Origin: Candidatus Omnitrophota bacterium
GTDB lineage: Bacteria > Omnitrophota > Gorgyraeia > 2-01-FULL-45-10
Direction: 5' to 3'
DNA: 38,237 nucleotides
Assembly: GCA_026387165.1 (NCBI GenBank)
Contig: JAPLMG010000114.1
Span: 1 to 38,237, forward strand
Shown: positions 37,115 through 38,237 of the stretch, in pieces
Position numbering within the stretch: the stretch's first letter is position 1
Layout of the letters: every line of letters begins with the position of its first letter
Made by a program: the position numbers and the translations under genes
The notes under the pieces: model-generated
What the model was told of the DNA's origin: nothing
The model's database searches: none
The model's input: only the letters and a program-made list of their open reading frames with translations

Positions 37115-37889
37115 GGCTCTTATCCACTCTATCGTATATTAACCTCAAAGCCTCTTTTATCGTCATATATTCATCCTGATAAAAACACATACCTATATCA
37201 AGTGAAAGTAAGTCAGCCACTATAAACGCTCTCTTAGAAAACTCAGGTTTTATATAAAAGAGCCTATTTTTAATGCCGTCGAAATTAGAGCTTGAGGAGG
37301 CTGCTATCAAGACAACATCGTATCTTGAGTGTTCGGGCATGGCATAGGATATTTCGCGGCTATAACCATATACCACAACCTCCCAGGCACTCTTTTTCTT
37401 ATACCAGGTCTCAACCTCTAAGGCTATTTTTACACCGGGAGATGTTACTATAACACCATCCGGGATCTTGCTTCTTGTCTTGCGGTCTTTTCTTATGACC
37501 CACTCGGGTATCCATTCTTTTATCTCCAGCTGCTTATAGATAGAAAAATAGCTCTCAATAACGGCTTTTTGATGCTCAAGGGTATTAAGGCCGGCGTTCT
37601 TGTGATTGAAGCGGTAATAGCCGCTAAATGGCTCATATTTAGAGATACATTCCTTACCTCTTTGGGTTAAATAGTAAACCTTAAGGCTTAAGGCTGGCTC
37701 ACGGTAGGCAGCGATAAGGCCCCGCTTAACAGAGTAGTCTATTAACCAGCGCTGGTATGATAGCCCAAGCCTGTCTTGGCCAAACTTAAAGAGCTGTTCT
37801 CTTGTGGCATATCTGAAGATAAATATAAACCTAAGCAGCATCCCGATCCTATACGCTTGCTCTTCCTTGGTTATCCTACCTTTTCCCAT
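37104..37889 (-). CDS. replication-relaxation (Replic_Relax)-like protein: N-terminal winged-HTH plus PD-(D/E)xK-like C-terminal region
   Basis: 261 aa. RFIFIFRYATREQLFKFG...RWLIDYSVKRGLIAAY...VYYLTQRGKECI resembles the wHTH of the family. Later come LEHQKAV, then IPDGVIV...IALEVETWYKKK. The start codon lies 3 nt inside the inner end of IR-R, which provides the AAGGTG SD. Confidence 0.5.
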   Translation of the reverse strand: MGKGRITKEEQAYRIGMLLRFIFIFRYATREQLFKFGQDRLGLSYQRWLIDYSVKRGLIAAYREPALSLKVYYLTQRGKECISKYEPFSGYYRFNHKNAGLNTLEHQKAVIESYFSIYKQLEIKEWIPEWVIRKDRKTRSKIPDGVIVTSPGVKIALEVETWYKKKSAWEVVVYGYSREISYAMPEHSRYDVVLIAASSSSNFDGIKNRLFYIKPEFSKRAFIVADLLSLDIGMCFYQDEYMTIKEALRLIYDRVDKSHDK

Positions 37890-37892
37890 CTA

Positions 37893-38052
37893 TTTTTCAC
37901 CTTTCGTTTTGGTGAGGTTCTCTTCTCTTGGCTTAAAGAGTGTTTAAGTGATTTTTTCTCCCTAAAGCCATGCGGTTACCTTCGCCAGAAGTCTTGTCGG
38001 AATTGGGCGAAGGTAACCGCATGGGGTTTAGCGTAAGTGCTTGGGGATAAAG
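37893..38052 (-). repeat. right 160-bp inverted repeat (IR-R) bounding the accessory island
   Basis: This is the reverse complement of IR-L (9 mismatches, no indels by hand alignment). It contains a perfect 19-bp-stem hairpin at 37968-38024. ORF-track entries 37776..38036(+) and 37933..38154(-) run through it and are probably spurious. Confidence 0.9.
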
Positions 38053-38237
38053 AACATCTTTAAAAAATAATTCACAAATTAATGCACTATAAATTACGCG
38101 GCTAATGCATACCTCAAAGTGAATTCCTTGAGAATTAAAATGCGAATTAATCATGCCCTAAAGGTGATGGTCCGACTGCTTTCTTATGGTCATATACTCT
38201 TACAGTTCGTTTCATATAGCCCCTTCGATTGTAGGTC

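Larger units (their letters stand above)
25549..38052. mobile_element. putative mobile or integrated plasmid-like defence island delimited by 160-bp inverted repeats (mechanism unknown; no recognisable transposase or integrase)
   Basis: The 160-bp terminal inverted repeats enclose 11 accessory genes. These cover defence, nuclease, superinfection immunity and replication-relaxation-like functions. A possible but low-complexity 9-bp flank repeat TTTAAAAAA lies at 25538-25546 and 38059-38067. Mobility itself is inferred, not shown. Confidence 0.45.

Noticed and set aside
25549-38052. Lower GC content of the island as evidence of horizontal acquisition.
   Set aside because: Spot counts of a few 60-nt lines gave overlapping values inside and outside the island (roughly low-to-high 40s percent, with some GC-rich stretches in the giant ORFs). 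I cannot compute windowed composition reliably by hand, so I make no compositional claim.
37776-38154. ORFs 37776..38036 (+) and 37933..38154 (-) at the right edge.
   Set aside because: Both run through the 160-bp inverted repeat. The equivalent region of IR-L is not coding. No RBS or recognisable domain is present.
1-38237. CRISPR arrays, tRNA or rRNA genes, and a tRNA-type integration site at the island borders.
   Set aside because: I saw no regularly spaced direct repeats with unique spacers. The repeats present are palindromic and dispersed. I found no cloverleaf-like or rRNA-like sequence in the intergenic regions I inspected, including 25227-25548 and 38053-38237.

Overview
All 21 genes I can support in this 38.2-kb window lie on the minus strand. 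The window has three parts. (1) About 1-6.2 kb is housekeeping: the 5' end of pyrB, pyrR with a promoter and attenuator-like leader, a prepilin-type pseudopilin, rsmI, glmS, a four-helix-bundle ('23S IVS') protein and nagA. (2) About 6.3-25.2 kb holds two giant ORFs of 2316 aa and 3758 aa, separated by a 126-aa ORF. The first embeds a class I SAM-methyltransferase and a GNAT acetyltransferase. The second has an N-terminal signal-anchor, a CPBP-like membrane module, about 4 kb of TPR-like repeats and a complete Upf1/DNA2-like SF1 helicase core. (3) 25,549-38,052 is a 12.5-kb accessory island bounded by 160-bp inverted repeats that are about 94 percent identical by hand alignment. Each repeat contains a 19-bp-stem hairpin. 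The island carries a Shango-like TerB/ATPase/DExH-helicase operon, a Cas4-like plus DEDD-like DUF2779 nuclease, and a GHKL-ATPase plus STAS-like (DUF4325) pair that I cannot assign to a named system. It also carries an XRE HTH, a NYN RNase-like gene, a superinfection-immunity-family peptide, a membrane protein and a replication-relaxation-like protein. I recognise no transposase or integrase. Several short palindromic repeat families occur, and some copies sit in frame inside coding sequences (nagA twice, the 126-aa ORF and the 3758-aa ORF). I saw no rRNA, tRNA or CRISPR array. Giant ORFs, pseudopilins and these repeats are reminiscent of uncultivated lineages such as Omnitrophota, but taxonomy cannot be established from this window. 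All domain calls come from motif recognition by eye, not from searches.
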